DNA of 64,000 bases from IMG/VR virus record IMGVR_UViG_3300040751_003707; one strand, written 5' to 3'. Positions within the stretch are counted from its first letter, which is position 1; every line of letters starts with the position of its first letter. A program made the position numbers and the translations under genes. The notes beneath the pieces are model-generated. The model was not told where the DNA came from. It was given only the letters and a program-made list of their open reading frames with translations, and ran no database searches. Positions 49,681 through 58,369 of the stretch are shown here, piece after piece. The stretch comes from an uncultured virus (IMG/VR IMGVR_UViG_3300040751_003707) (lineage: Duplodnaviria; Heunggongvirae; Uroviricota; Caudoviricetes).

Positions 49681-51353
49681 GTAGAATTGTTCAGAAAAAT
49701 CAACCTTGCGAGAGTTGTGGAAGTTCAGACGCAAAACAGATTTATGAAGACAACTCTGCTTATTGCTTTTCTTGTAGAAAATACTATAAGAGCGACAATT
49801 CAGAAAGTGAAACAGTAGTGGAATCAACAGATAACAAAAAGCAATATAACAAAGCTGCTCTTATCAAAGAGATTTACGAAAACTACCCCTCTCGTGGTTT
49901 TAAAGAAAGAAATATCTATAAAGCTGTAGCAGAGTTGTATGGGGTAAAAGTTAGCTATGATGAATCGGGTGAGATTGACACACACTATTACCCCTACCGT
50001 GTAAATGAAAATGGTCAGCCGGGTGGCTATAAGATTATGGTCGTACCTAAAGACTATAGCTCAAGAGGCTCAATCGGAACCGTAAAAGGTCTTTTCGGTA
50101 TGCATCTCTGGAAAGCTGATAAACGTCTTATCATCACAGAAGGTGAAAAAGATTGTATGGCTATCCAGTGTGCTTACTACAAGAAGTACAAACGTTTCTT
50201 CCCTGTTGTGTCACTCCGAGCTTCTACTGCAACAAAAGATCTTGTTGAGATTCGAGACAAACTCCGAGCGAACTTTAAAGAGATTATTTACTGGCCTGAC
50301 AACGATGAAGCTGGTGAGAAAGCTAAAAGAGATGTTGCTAAGATTATCGGTTATGACAAGGTAAAAATTGTCAATGTCTCAGATAAAGATGCAAATGATC
50401 TTTGGATCAGAGATCAAGACGCGGTGCTCAATGCTGTATACAATGCTAAGTCTTATACACCAGCAGGCATATTAGATGTAAATCAATTATGGGAACAGCT
50501 AGAACAATACAACACTATTGAGTCTCATCCTTATCCAAAAATGATGGACAGGCTAAATGATAAGCTTAAGGGGATGAGGCTTGGCGAGATTACCCTCTGG
50601 ACATCCGGTACAGGTTCTGGCAAGTCTACTTTACTTAGAGAAATTGCTTTGCACCTTCTTGAAACAACCGATGAAAAGGTTGGTATTGTATCTCTTGAAG
50701 AGTCTCCTGCAGAGACTGCAAGAAAGCTTTCTGGTATGCATCTTATGAAGAACCCCGCTAAAGACGAAATACCTCTGGATGAACTCAAAGAAGGTTTTGA
50801 CAGTGTATTCGGCGATGGCAGAGTTATGGTTCTTGATCACCACGGTTCTGTTAATGATGAATCTATCATTGACTTCTTAGAGTTTATGTGCCTAAGTGAT
50901 GTAAAGTATATCTTTGTTGATCACATCACGATTCTTGCCTCTGAGGGTATGCATGGATTGACAGGAAATGAAGCAATTGATAAAATCATGAATGAACTTC
51001 TAAGAATTGCAAAAAAGTACAACGTATGGATTGGACTTATCTCTCATTTAAGAAAAGTTGAAAGTGGTAAATCATTTGAAGACGGTAAGTTACCCACAAT
51101 TGACGATATCCGAGGATCAGGTTCTATCAAACAAATTAGTTTTGATATCATTGCTTTTGCAAGAAACCTAAGTGCAGCAGATGAAACTGAAAGAAACACA
51201 ATTAAAACAAAAGTATTGAAATGCCGTTATACAGGTCTTACAGGACCAACCGGTACACTGATTTATAACTATAACACAGGGCGTCTTGAGTATGGAAATG
51301 ACTTCGAAGAGTTTACACCAGCGCCTTCTTACAATGAAAATAAGAGATTTTAA
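49677..51353 (+). CDS. T7 gp4-like primase-helicase
   Basis: Zn finger CESCGSSDA...CFSC; TOPRIM ITEGEKD and DND; Walker A GTGSGKST; VDH, SHL and RGSGSIKQ motifs. Confidence 0.95.
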   Translation: MSRIVQKNQPCESCGSSDAKQIYEDNSAYCFSCRKYYKSDNSESETVVESTDNKKQYNKAALIKEIYENYPSRGFKERNIYKAVAELYGVKVSYDESGEIDTHYYPYRVNENGQPGGYKIMVVPKDYSSRGSIGTVKGLFGMHLWKADKRLIITEGEKDCMAIQCAYYKKYKRFFPVVSLRASTATKDLVEIRDKLRANFKEIIYWPDNDEAGEKAKRDVAKIIGYDKVKIVNVSDKDANDLWIRDQDAVLNAVYNAKSYTPAGILDVNQLWEQLEQYNTIESHPYPKMMDRLNDKLKGMRLGEITLWTSGTGSGKSTLLREIALHLLETTDEKVGIVSLEESPAETARKLSGMHLMKNPAKDEIPLDELKEGFDSVFGDGRVMVLDHHGSVNDESIIDFLEFMCLSDVKYIFVDHITILASEGMHGLTGNEAIDKIMNELLRIAKKYNVWIGLISHLRKVESGKSFEDGKLPTIDDIRGSGSIKQISFDIIAFARNLSAADETERNTIKTKVLKCRYTGLTGPTGTLIYNYNTGRLEYGNDFEEFTPAPSYNENKRF

Positions 51354-51364
51354 AGGATACTACT

Positions 51365-51574
51365 ATGAGTGAACAAGAATTCGTAATTGCGCTAATGTCA
51401 AGCATTATTATTAAAACAAAGCGTGAGATTGAGCTAACAAGCTATGAAAAAAGCTTCTTAAAAGAGCTTGAATCAAACTTTGATGGTTTAGATGAAGAAA
51501 AGCAAAATAATCTGCTACTCATCACTGAGCTTGTTGAATTTAAAGCAGCGGAAGATCGGGGTGAGGTTCAGTAA
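51365..51574 (+). CDS. Hypothetical protein
   Basis: AAGGA RBS. Confidence 0.55.
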   Translation: MSEQEFVIALMSSIIIKTKREIELTSYEKSFLKELESNFDGLDEEKQNNLLLITELVEFKAAEDRGEVQ

Positions 51575-51840
51575 TGAACTTCTTTCCGACAGAACTCCCC
51601 GGCAAGCTTGCTAGGGCGTGGTCTTATTTTAACGAGTTTATTCTTAAAGTAAACCTAAAAACAGAAGATGCTTTCATTCGCTTTATCAACTCCGAAGACA
51701 TCAAGAAAAAGTTCTCAGAAGAAGAACGAGAAGCATTACTTGCTTGGTGGTCAGCAGAAAACGATATTGAAGAAGAAGAAGAAGTATCAGTCGAAGAAAC
51801 TCCACAAGTTAGCGAAGAACATACACCTGCTTGGTATTAA
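51574..51840 (+). CDS. Hypothetical protein with acidic tail
   Basis: GAGG RBS; TAATG coupling. Confidence 0.55.
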   Translation: MNFFPTELPGKLARAWSYFNEFILKVNLKTEDAFIRFINSEDIKKKFSEEEREALLAWWSAENDIEEEEEVSVEETPQVSEEHTPAWY

Positions 51841-51868
51841 CATATAAAAATAATAGGGGGAACCTATA

Positions 51869-53746
51869 ATGCTACTAGATAACTATCAATCTTTTATCCA
51901 TTTATCTAGATACTCTAGGTTTATGGAAGAAGAAAACCGTCGAGAAACTTTTGAAGAAACGATCAGTCGATACGTTAACTTCTGGCGTAACAACAAAAAT
52001 TTGTCAAATATCATTTCTAAAGAAGAGTTTGACGAGCTACAAAAAGCAATTAATAACCTTGAAGTCATGCCCTCTATGCGAGCACTATGGAGTGCAGGTG
52101 ATGCTCTTGCACAGAACAACTTCAGAGGTTATAACTGTAGCTTTGTAGCAATGGATCATATCCGTGCCTTTGATGAAATTCTCTACATTCTTATGGCGGG
52201 TACAGGCGTAGGGTTCTCAGCTGAATCGCACCACGTTAACAAGCTACCGATTGTAAATGATAACTTTAATGAAACTGACAGAGTAATCACTATCGGTGAC
52301 AGTTCAGAGGGTTGGGCAAAAGCTCTTCGGAAGCTTATTGCAGAGCTTTACCTTGGTAACATCCACCAATGGGATTACAGCAAAATCCGTCCTGAAGGTG
52401 CAAGACTTAAGACAATGGGTGGTAGAGCTTCAGGTCCAGAACCGCTTAAAGACTTGTTCGAGTTTGTAACAAACAAATTTAGGAAAGCTGCTGGTAGAAA
52501 GCTAACTCCGATCGAAGTGCATGACATTGTTTGTAAGATTGCAGAAATTGTTGTTGTAGGTGGTGTTCGCCGTTCAGCGCTTATTTCCCTTTCTGATATT
52601 GGTGATGCAGAGATCCGTGATTGCAAAAGCGGAAGTTGGTTTAAAACAGAACTACAACGTGCTCTTGCCAATAACTCCGGCGCTTACGATTCAAAACCAA
52701 CCATGGCTGTGTTTATGGAAGAGTGGATTGCTCTTATGAAGTCTGGCTCTGGTGAACGCGGCATTTATAATCGAAATGGTGCTCAGGCAATGGCCCCTGC
52801 ACGCCGAGACGGTTCTAAAATTGAAGGTTGTAACCCTTGCGCAGAGATTCAACTACGGTCTGGTCAGCTTTGTAACTTAACTGAAGTTGTCTGTAGACCC
52901 GGTGATACCCTTGGTGATCTGAAACGTAAAGTCCGAATTGCAACTATCCTTGGTACACTTCAGTCAACTCTTACTGACTTTAAGTATGTACGCAAGATCT
53001 GGCAAACTAACTGTGAAGAGGAACGGCTACTTGGTGTTTCACTTACTGGTATTCAAGATTGTGAGCTTCTTCAGAATCCCGACCCAGAACACTTAGAGGC
53101 TCTTAAGGAAGTAGCTATTGATGTGAATAAGGTTTATGCAGAACGGCTTGGGATTAATCCAGCTACAGCAATCACAACTGTTAAACCTTCTGGTACTGTA
53201 TCTCAGCTTGTTGATTCTGCTTCTGGTATTCATGGTCGCTTTTCTAAGCACTATATCCGTGCTGTAAGACAAGCAAATTCAGACCCGCTTACACAAATGC
53301 TAATCGATCAAGGTGTACCACATGAACCGGATGTGACAAACCCACTTAAGACGACTGTATTTTACTTCCCAATCAGTTCTCCTGATTCTGCTGTTCTAGC
53401 TAATGAGCAAGGTGCTATTAAGCAACTAGAGAACTGGAAAATTTTCCAAAAACATTGGTCTGAACATTCTGTTTCTGTAACCATCTACGTAAAAGAACAT
53501 GAGTGGCTGTCTGTGGGGGCGTGGGTATACGAAAACTTCGAGTATATCACAGGGGTATCGTTCTTACCTTATGATGACCACGTATATGCTCAGGCACCAT
53601 ACTCACCGTGTAATGAAAGGAAATATCGTGCTGTTCTTGAAGCAATGCCATCAATCGACTTCTCAAAACTTTCAGATTACGAGCATGAAGACAATACTGA
53701 AGGTGCGCAAACCCTTGCATGTTCTGCCGGTGGTTGTGAGATTTAA
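51869..53746 (+). CDS. nrdJ: Class II (B12-dependent) ribonucleotide reductase
   Basis: YNCSF, GGVRRSA, NPCAEI, CNLTEV, VKPSGTVS and C-terminal CSAGGCEI; no beta subunit gene seen in the window. Confidence 0.9.
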   Translation: MLLDNYQSFIHLSRYSRFMEEENRRETFEETISRYVNFWRNNKNLSNIISKEEFDELQKAINNLEVMPSMRALWSAGDALAQNNFRGYNCSFVAMDHIRAFDEILYILMAGTGVGFSAESHHVNKLPIVNDNFNETDRVITIGDSSEGWAKALRKLIAELYLGNIHQWDYSKIRPEGARLKTMGGRASGPEPLKDLFEFVTNKFRKAAGRKLTPIEVHDIVCKIAEIVVVGGVRRSALISLSDIGDAEIRDCKSGSWFKTELQRALANNSGAYDSKPTMAVFMEEWIALMKSGSGERGIYNRNGAQAMAPARRDGSKIEGCNPCAEIQLRSGQLCNLTEVVCRPGDTLGDLKRKVRIATILGTLQSTLTDFKYVRKIWQTNCEEERLLGVSLTGIQDCELLQNPDPEHLEALKEVAIDVNKVYAERLGINPATAITTVKPSGTVSQLVDSASGIHGRFSKHYIRAVRQANSDPLTQMLIDQGVPHEPDVTNPLKTTVFYFPISSPDSAVLANEQGAIKQLENWKIFQKHWSEHSVSVTIYVKEHEWLSVGAWVYENFEYITGVSFLPYDDHVYAQAPYSPCNERKYRAVLEAMPSIDFSKLSDYEHEDNTEGAQTLACSAGGCEI

Positions 53747-53758
53747 GGAGCATCTATA

Positions 53759-53878
53759 ATGAACAAGAAAAGTAACAAAGTAATCTTTAGTAGTTCCCGT
53801 AAACGAACCTCTATCGGCGGTAACAAGCGTAAAACATCTTCCATGAATAAACATAAACGGAGGATGTCTAAGGGATGA
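53759..53878 (+). CDS. Small basic protein, 39 aa (not in the ORF track)
   Basis: AAGGAG RBS; MNKKSNKVIFSSSRKRTSIGGNKRKTSSMNKHKRRMSKG. Confidence 0.55.
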   Translation: MNKKSNKVIFSSSRKRTSIGGNKRKTSSMNKHKRRMSKG

Positions 53879-54156
53879 AAACCTTAGAAGAGGTTATAAG
53901 TACTCATAATGAAATTGTCTTTGAGATTAACAATAAACTCTCTAAAGAACAATTAGTATTGAATTCAGAAAAAGAAGAGAAAGTAGAAGAAGAAATGAGC
54001 AATACCGTTAACACAAATAAACAAGACATTGCAAAACTAGTAGGAACAATTACCGGTTATATTCTAGGTCGAGTTTTAGTTTATCTCTTAGGTTTAGGTA
54101 TCCTTTGGGTTAATCTCTGGGTACTTACACAGTTGGGGTGGTTGCCATTTCAATGA
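53875..54156 (+). CDS. Hypothetical membrane protein
   Basis: C-terminal hydrophobic segment. Confidence 0.55.
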   Translation: MKTLEEVISTHNEIVFEINNKLSKEQLVLNSEKEEKVEEEMSNTVNTNKQDIAKLVGTITGYILGRVLVYLLGLGILWVNLWVLTQLGWLPFQ

Positions 54157-54545
54157 TAGACACTGTTATGAAGAAGCTACTTAAGATAGCAGAAAAGGTT
54201 GAGCCTGTCTCGAAGGCGCGGTTAGCCGCCGCTATCTTATACAAAAAGAAAATTGTATCTGTCGGAACAAATAAATACAAAACACATCCGATTATGTACA
54301 AGTTCAAGAAAAACGATCAGGCAATATTTCTACATGCTGAAGTAGACGCTATCGTTAAAGCTTCAAAGAAGTTGACAGAAAAGCAAATGGGAAAAGCAGA
54401 GCTTATCGTTGTTAGAGTACTTAATGACGGTACGCCTGCTATTTCTAAACCTTGTGATGGTTGTAAGCTTTGTATAAGCGATTACAACATTAAAAAAACT
54501 TACTATATAAAGGAAAACGGATGTCTAACAAGTGCGAACCTATGA
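54153..54545 (+). CDS. Cytidine/dCMP deaminase-fold protein
   Basis: Zn motifs LHAEVDAI and SKPCDGC. Confidence 0.82.
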   Translation: MIDTVMKKLLKIAEKVEPVSKARLAAAILYKKKIVSVGTNKYKTHPIMYKFKKNDQAIFLHAEVDAIVKASKKLTEKQMGKAELIVVRVLNDGTPAISKPCDGCKLCISDYNIKKTYYIKENGCLTSANL

Positions 54546-54793
54546 GATACTTAGTAATTGGAAAAAACAACTGTCGATTTTGTAAAGCAGTTATCGAAGA
54601 ACTAGATCAAACAGGTAAAGAATACCTTTATAAAAACTTATCTGAAATGGATGATCTTGAGTACTTCTTTTGGGAAACGTTCTTAAAAGAAGATTTATCA
54701 GCTACAACCGTGCCAGTTGTTTTCAAGATTGTTGGAGGTTATGAAGAACTAATGCTAGAGAAATTAAAAGATGACAACAAAAAATACCAATAA
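54521..54793 (+). CDS. Glutaredoxin
   Basis: CRFC, TVPVVF and VGGYEEL motifs. Confidence 0.85.
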   Translation: MSNKCEPMRYLVIGKNNCRFCKAVIEELDQTGKEYLYKNLSEMDDLEYFFWETFLKEDLSATTVPVVFKIVGGYEELMLEKLKDDNKKYQ

Positions 54794-55196
54794 AAAGAGG
54801 GGACGTCCCCGAAAAAGACCACCTATTGAAAATCCAGTAGAAGAAGCATCAAGTGTGTTTTCTAAAGCTTTCAGCGAAATTCGTGTATTTTCTGTCTATG
54901 GTTTAGATGAGTATACAGAGTATCTTATCAAGACAATGTACAAAGATCCTCAGATTGATATCATCTTTGCTACAGATCCAGACGAAAGTAAACTTGCTAA
55001 CTTTAACAGGTATATGTCTGGATTGAAGTTTTCACTTTACAGGTGGGGAGCTTTGTCTCATAAGGGGTTTGTAGAGGAACCTCCAACAAGTGTAATGGTA
55101 GTCTCTAAAGAACACTTTGAAAACGTAATGTCAAGGCTAAAGTATGATATTGAAATTGTAGTATTAGAAGAGCTTCTTAATTATGCAAAACAATAA
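54771..55196 (+). CDS. Hypothetical protein with AT-hook-like N-terminus
   Basis: KKRGRPRKRP followed by an alpha/beta domain. Confidence 0.6.
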   Translation: MTTKNTNKKRGRPRKRPPIENPVEEASSVFSKAFSEIRVFSVYGLDEYTEYLIKTMYKDPQIDIIFATDPDESKLANFNRYMSGLKFSLYRWGALSHKGFVEEPPTSVMVVSKEHFENVMSRLKYDIEIVVLEELLNYAKQ

Positions 55197-55413
55197 TGAA
55201 GATTATGAAGGCTTTATCCCTTATAACCAACATCTATCTATGATCTTTGTAGAAGTTGTAGGTTTAGATAAAAGTACAGAAGATGGATTTTCTGACATCC
55301 TTGTAGTAAGATATGAAGATGAAGAATACGATCTTTATTGGGATAGTTATAACTTTTACTACAAAGGCTCTATCAAACATAATGGAAAACTAATAGAAGG
55401 GTTTATTCCATGA
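55183..55413 (+). CDS. Hypothetical protein
   Basis: Overlap-coupled ORF. Confidence 0.5.
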   Translation: MQNNNEDYEGFIPYNQHLSMIFVEVVGLDKSTEDGFSDILVVRYEDEEYDLYWDSYNFYYKGSIKHNGKLIEGFIP

Positions 55414-55646
55414 GCAAGATTCAAGAATACTTAATTCGTCTAGCCCATGAAAACTGTATTGTACGTTTTGTAAAATATGTAAGTACATGGTCTGATCATA
55501 GGCGGGTTATCAAAGAGCTTAATTTGCTTTCGGATCGTGAACTAAACGATATTGGGATTAGCAGGTATCAAATTGACAGTCTACTTTTTAGGAAGTCAGA
55601 CAGAGAACTACGTCAACACCTCTATAACTTCGAAAAGGAAAATTGA
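55410..55646 (+). CDS. DUF1127 (YjiS-like) protein
   Basis: RR...ELNLLSDRELNDIGISRYQI motif. Confidence 0.8.
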   Translation: MSKIQEYLIRLAHENCIVRFVKYVSTWSDHRRVIKELNLLSDRELNDIGISRYQIDSLLFRKSDRELRQHLYNFEKEN

Positions 55647-55647
55647 T

Positions 55648-55977
55648 ATGAAAAAACTACTGATGTCCCTTGTTATGGCTGCAACTGTATTCTCTTGCGC
55701 ACCAAGCTATGCACAAGAAGAAGACCAGCTTTGCACAATGCTTGGCGCTGCGGCTAATCAGATTATGACTGATCGTCAAGAAGGAGTCCCGATGGATTCT
55801 CAACTGGCTAGGGTAGACGCTGTTTCACTGAACAGCCCTACTGCTCGTTCGCTTCTATATACCCTTGTAATTACGGCCTATCAGGTTCCGCGTGTTGTTA
55901 CAAGGGAAGATCAAGCTGAAGTTTCTCTTCAATTTCAAGAACTTGTAGAAGAAACTTGTTTTGGGGAAGTGTCATAA
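55648..55977 (+). CDS. Secreted or periplasmic hypothetical protein
   Basis: Signal peptide MKKLLMSLVMAATVFS..SYA; C...A..IM..RQ.G...C pattern. Confidence 0.65.
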   Translation: MKKLLMSLVMAATVFSCAPSYAQEEDQLCTMLGAAANQIMTDRQEGVPMDSQLARVDAVSLNSPTARSLLYTLVITAYQVPRVVTREDQAEVSLQFQELVEETCFGEVS

Positions 55978-55997
55978 AAAACACTTCCGACTAATGA
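55977..55997 (+). promoter_or_regulatory. Class B promoter copy 5 (1 mismatch), upstream of HNH and tRNAs
   Basis: AAAAACACTTCCGACTAATGA followed by CCAAAGGTC. Confidence 0.75.
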
Positions 55998-56025
55998 CCA
56001 AAGGTCTATTTTTGAATTCTCCTTG

Positions 56026-56053
56026 ACTCCTAAGCATGAGTAAAAACTGCTTA
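56026..56053 (+). ncRNA. Third, divergent copy of the pseudoknot element
   Basis: ACTC-C-TAAGCA-T-GAGT-AAAAAC-TGCTTA, with compensatory changes relative to the other copies. Confidence 0.6.
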
Positions 56054-56068
56054 CATAAAGGGTAATCT

Positions 56069-56428
56069 ATGAAAGTATGTACAACATGTAATATTGAAAA
56101 ACCATTAGACTTGTTTTACAAACAGAAAAACAGAAAAAAATCAGTAATGTCTCAATGCAAGTCTTGCTCGAATAAAAAGCAAAAAGAACGTAGAGAGTAC
56201 TTAACTAAAATAGTAAAAAGATACAAATTACTAAAAGGTTGTGAGTTTTGTGGATATAGAGATCATTTTTCTGCTTTACATCTAGATCATCTAGACCCAA
56301 GCAAAAAATTTAAAGCATTGTCTAGAATGCAAACCTATTCAAAATCTCGGATAAAAGAAGAAATAAGAAAATGTAGAGTATTGTGTGCAAACTGTCACGC
56401 TGTTTATACATTTTATCAACAAAAATAA
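56069..56428 (+). CDS. HNH endonuclease with Zn-finger N-terminus
   Basis: KVCTTC..EKP, CKSC, CEFCG, LDHLDP and KCRVLCANCH motifs. Confidence 0.85.
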   Translation: MKVCTTCNIEKPLDLFYKQKNRKKSVMSQCKSCSNKKQKERREYLTKIVKRYKLLKGCEFCGYRDHFSALHLDHLDPSKKFKALSRMQTYSKSRIKEEIRKCRVLCANCHAVYTFYQQK

Positions 56429-56433
56429 ATTTT

Positions 56434-56517
56434 GCTGCTTGCCCCACCCTCAGTCTTCTAAACTGATCCTCAAAGGTGGATGGACGGTACGGGGTTCGAT
56501 TCCTCCAAGTAGCTCCA
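56434..56517 (+). ncRNA. Atypical tRNA-like RNA (TCT anticodon loop, no D arm)
   Basis: Acceptor GCTGCTT/AAGTAGC plus T-CCA; anticodon arm TCAGT-CTTCTAA-ACTGA; T loop GGTTCGATTCC. Confidence 0.6.
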
Positions 56518-56600
56518 GCCAGTATGGTGAAATTGGTAAACACAGGGGACTTAAAATCCCCCGCGAAAGCTTGTCGGTTCAAGTCCGACTACTGGCACCA
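56518..56600 (+). tRNA. tRNA-Leu(TAA)
   Basis: GCCAGTA/TACTGGC acceptor, GGGGA-CTTAAAA-TCCCC, variable arm, GTTCAAGTC T loop, CCA. Confidence 0.93.
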
Positions 56601-56605
56601 ATTAT

Positions 56606-56680
56606 GCTCTTGTGGTGTAACGGTAACACTCACCGCTCATAACGGTTGCGCTACAGGTTCGAATCCTGTCGGGAGCACCA
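56606..56680 (+). tRNA. tRNA with CAT anticodon (elongator Met or Ile2)
   Basis: GCTCTTG/CGGGAGC acceptor, ACCG-CTCATAA-CGGT, GGTTCGAATCC, CCA; G1:C72 pair argues against an initiator. Confidence 0.88.
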
Positions 56681-56717
56681 GATATACATATACAGAAAAG
56701 TAGATAGGAATTACAAC

Positions 56718-57071
56718 ATGATCACAGTTGAAGCTCGCGCCCTCAAAGTTGACTGCATTTACTCCTTCAAAGGTTCATCAGAAAACAAACTATGGATCTG
56801 CCGCGAAGTTTTAGAGTCTGAACTATACAACTCAATTTGTGCTGAGATTCAATACGTTGAGTCTGGAAAGATCTTCATTGTTGAACTTTCAAAGCACAAA
56901 GAGCTAAACTTTGTTTGTAACTTTGCAGACAAAAAGCGAAAGAATCGTAATAATGTAAACAAAAGCAAAGTAAAAGTAGTTGCATATAAAAACGGGCGAT
57001 TAGTAAAGCGAGGCGAATCAGTGATGATCGGGAATGAAATCCAAGACAGTGAAACACGGTGGTTTAGCTAA
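56718..57071 (+). CDS. Hypothetical protein
   Basis: AGGA RBS; starts MITVEARA. Confidence 0.6.
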   Translation: MITVEARALKVDCIYSFKGSSENKLWICREVLESELYNSICAEIQYVESGKIFIVELSKHKELNFVCNFADKKRKNRNNVNKSKVKVVAYKNGRLVKRGESVMIGNEIQDSETRWFS

Positions 57072-57319
57072 TGTCTGCAATCAAAAGTAAAAAATCTCAA
57101 CCCAGATTTACTTTCAAAGAAGGAGTGGTGTATGTCTGCGTAAAGGCAGCATCACCTGGATATAAACAAGGTAATCTATATGAATGCTATCGAAATAAAA
57201 AAGGATTGCTTTGTCTACAAGGGGAAGACGGGTTTGAAGATTATACAACAATGCTAGTAAGTGATTTTGCAGTGTATGAGAAACGAGAAAACAAAGCAAA
57301 CCTAACTACGGTAAAGTAA
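57071..57319 (+). CDS. Hypothetical protein
   Basis: TAATG coupling. Confidence 0.55.
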   Translation: MSAIKSKKSQPRFTFKEGVVYVCVKAASPGYKQGNLYECYRNKKGLLCLQGEDGFEDYTTMLVSDFAVYEKRENKANLTTVK

Positions 57320-57458
57320 CATGACAACAGGTTATATATTATTGGGATTAGCAGTATCAATTGGCGTTTATCTTTTTTCGCTTTTTATGTTTATTGCATT
57401 ACCAATTATTATTATTAAGTCTTTAAAAGATAAATCTAGAGAAGAAAGTTAAATAAAA

Positions 57459-57773
57459 ATGTTTAAAATTATTGTTGGCCTACTCGGGGTTTTAGGGGTT
57501 ATGATGGCCCTTTCTCTTGGTGGTTTGTACTGGAATGGATACCTTGCACGGACACAAGAGGGTATCAGAACAGACATTATGGAAGAAAGCGTATCTTATA
57601 CAAGAGGTATGCGCAGAGAACTTGGCCGGTTACGGCTAGAATGGGAACAGGCCGATGCTGCTGGCCGCGTCGGTATTGAAGCTTATGTTCGTGACACATT
57701 CTCAGGCTATCTAGGGGTAGAGGAACTACCTGAAAACCTACAACAATTCCTGATCCAAGTTGGAGCTTATTAA
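57459..57773 (+). CDS. N-terminally membrane-anchored protein
   Basis: N-terminal TM helix followed by a helical domain. Confidence 0.65.
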   Translation: MFKIIVGLLGVLGVMMALSLGGLYWNGYLARTQEGIRTDIMEESVSYTRGMRRELGRLRLEWEQADAAGRVGIEAYVRDTFSGYLGVEELPENLQQFLIQVGAY

Positions 57774-57774
57774 T

Positions 57775-58302
57775 ATGAAATTTTTCTACGGCCTAATCCT
57801 ATCCGTTTCTGTTGGCCTTGCAATCTCAACTTCTGTATATTCAATGGGAAGCCCAAATAATGCACCGAACGCTGATGAAATTCAGGCAATTCAAACTGAA
57901 ATGAGTATGCGAGAAGCTGTTCAACAAGTTGGACCCCCTGCAATTGTCAACTACACAGAGCGTCGTCTTGTACGTTGGCTGTATGAGCTACGTGATGAAC
58001 CCAACTATCGCACTTTCTCTTACATTGTAAACTTAAACGGTGATCTGATCTTCCTCTGTGACAGTGTTGGTTATGGTATCAACGCATCAATTCAGTTTAC
58101 AAACCCAGAACGAGAAGTTTGGCGAGATCCTGTTGGTAGTGACACAAGCCCTGTTTATGCCCCTCAACCAGAACCAAACGGACTCTTTATGCCAGAAGGT
58201 CTTGCAGCAACCTATGTTATGTGCGTAAATGAAGGATCTGAAGATGTTCAAGCAGTATACGTTGAGCCAGAAGTGATTGTATCACCTTTCCAACTTCACT
58301 AA
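57775..58302 (+). CDS. Secreted conserved phage protein
   Basis: Signal peptide; GYGI...QFTNP, QPEPNGLF and YVEP motifs. Confidence 0.65.
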   Translation: MKFFYGLILSVSVGLAISTSVYSMGSPNNAPNADEIQAIQTEMSMREAVQQVGPPAIVNYTERRLVRWLYELRDEPNYRTFSYIVNLNGDLIFLCDSVGYGINASIQFTNPEREVWRDPVGSDTSPVYAPQPEPNGLFMPEGLAATYVMCVNEGSEDVQAVYVEPEVIVSPFQLH

Positions 58303-58316
58303 ATAAAATTAACTAC

Positions 58317-58345
58317 AGCCCGTGATTAACGTCATGGGCTTTTTT
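58317..58345 (+). terminator. Intrinsic terminator
   Basis: AGCCCGTGA-ttaacg-TCATGGGCT followed by TTTTT. Confidence 0.7.
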
Positions 58346-58369
58346 ATTATTAATCTAAAAGGAAAAGAC

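Noticed and set aside
53750..53762. GCATCTATAATGA as a definite class A promoter
   Set aside because: It coincides with the RBS-to-ATG spacer of a small ORF and lacks the upstream part of the repeat, so it may be chance.
56385..56703. ORFs 56385..56642, 56476..56703 and 56322..56582
   Set aside because: They overlap the tRNA cluster and are spurious.
57459..58302. Spanin pair
   Set aside because: The second protein has no lipobox Cys, and the pair is far from the lysis genes.
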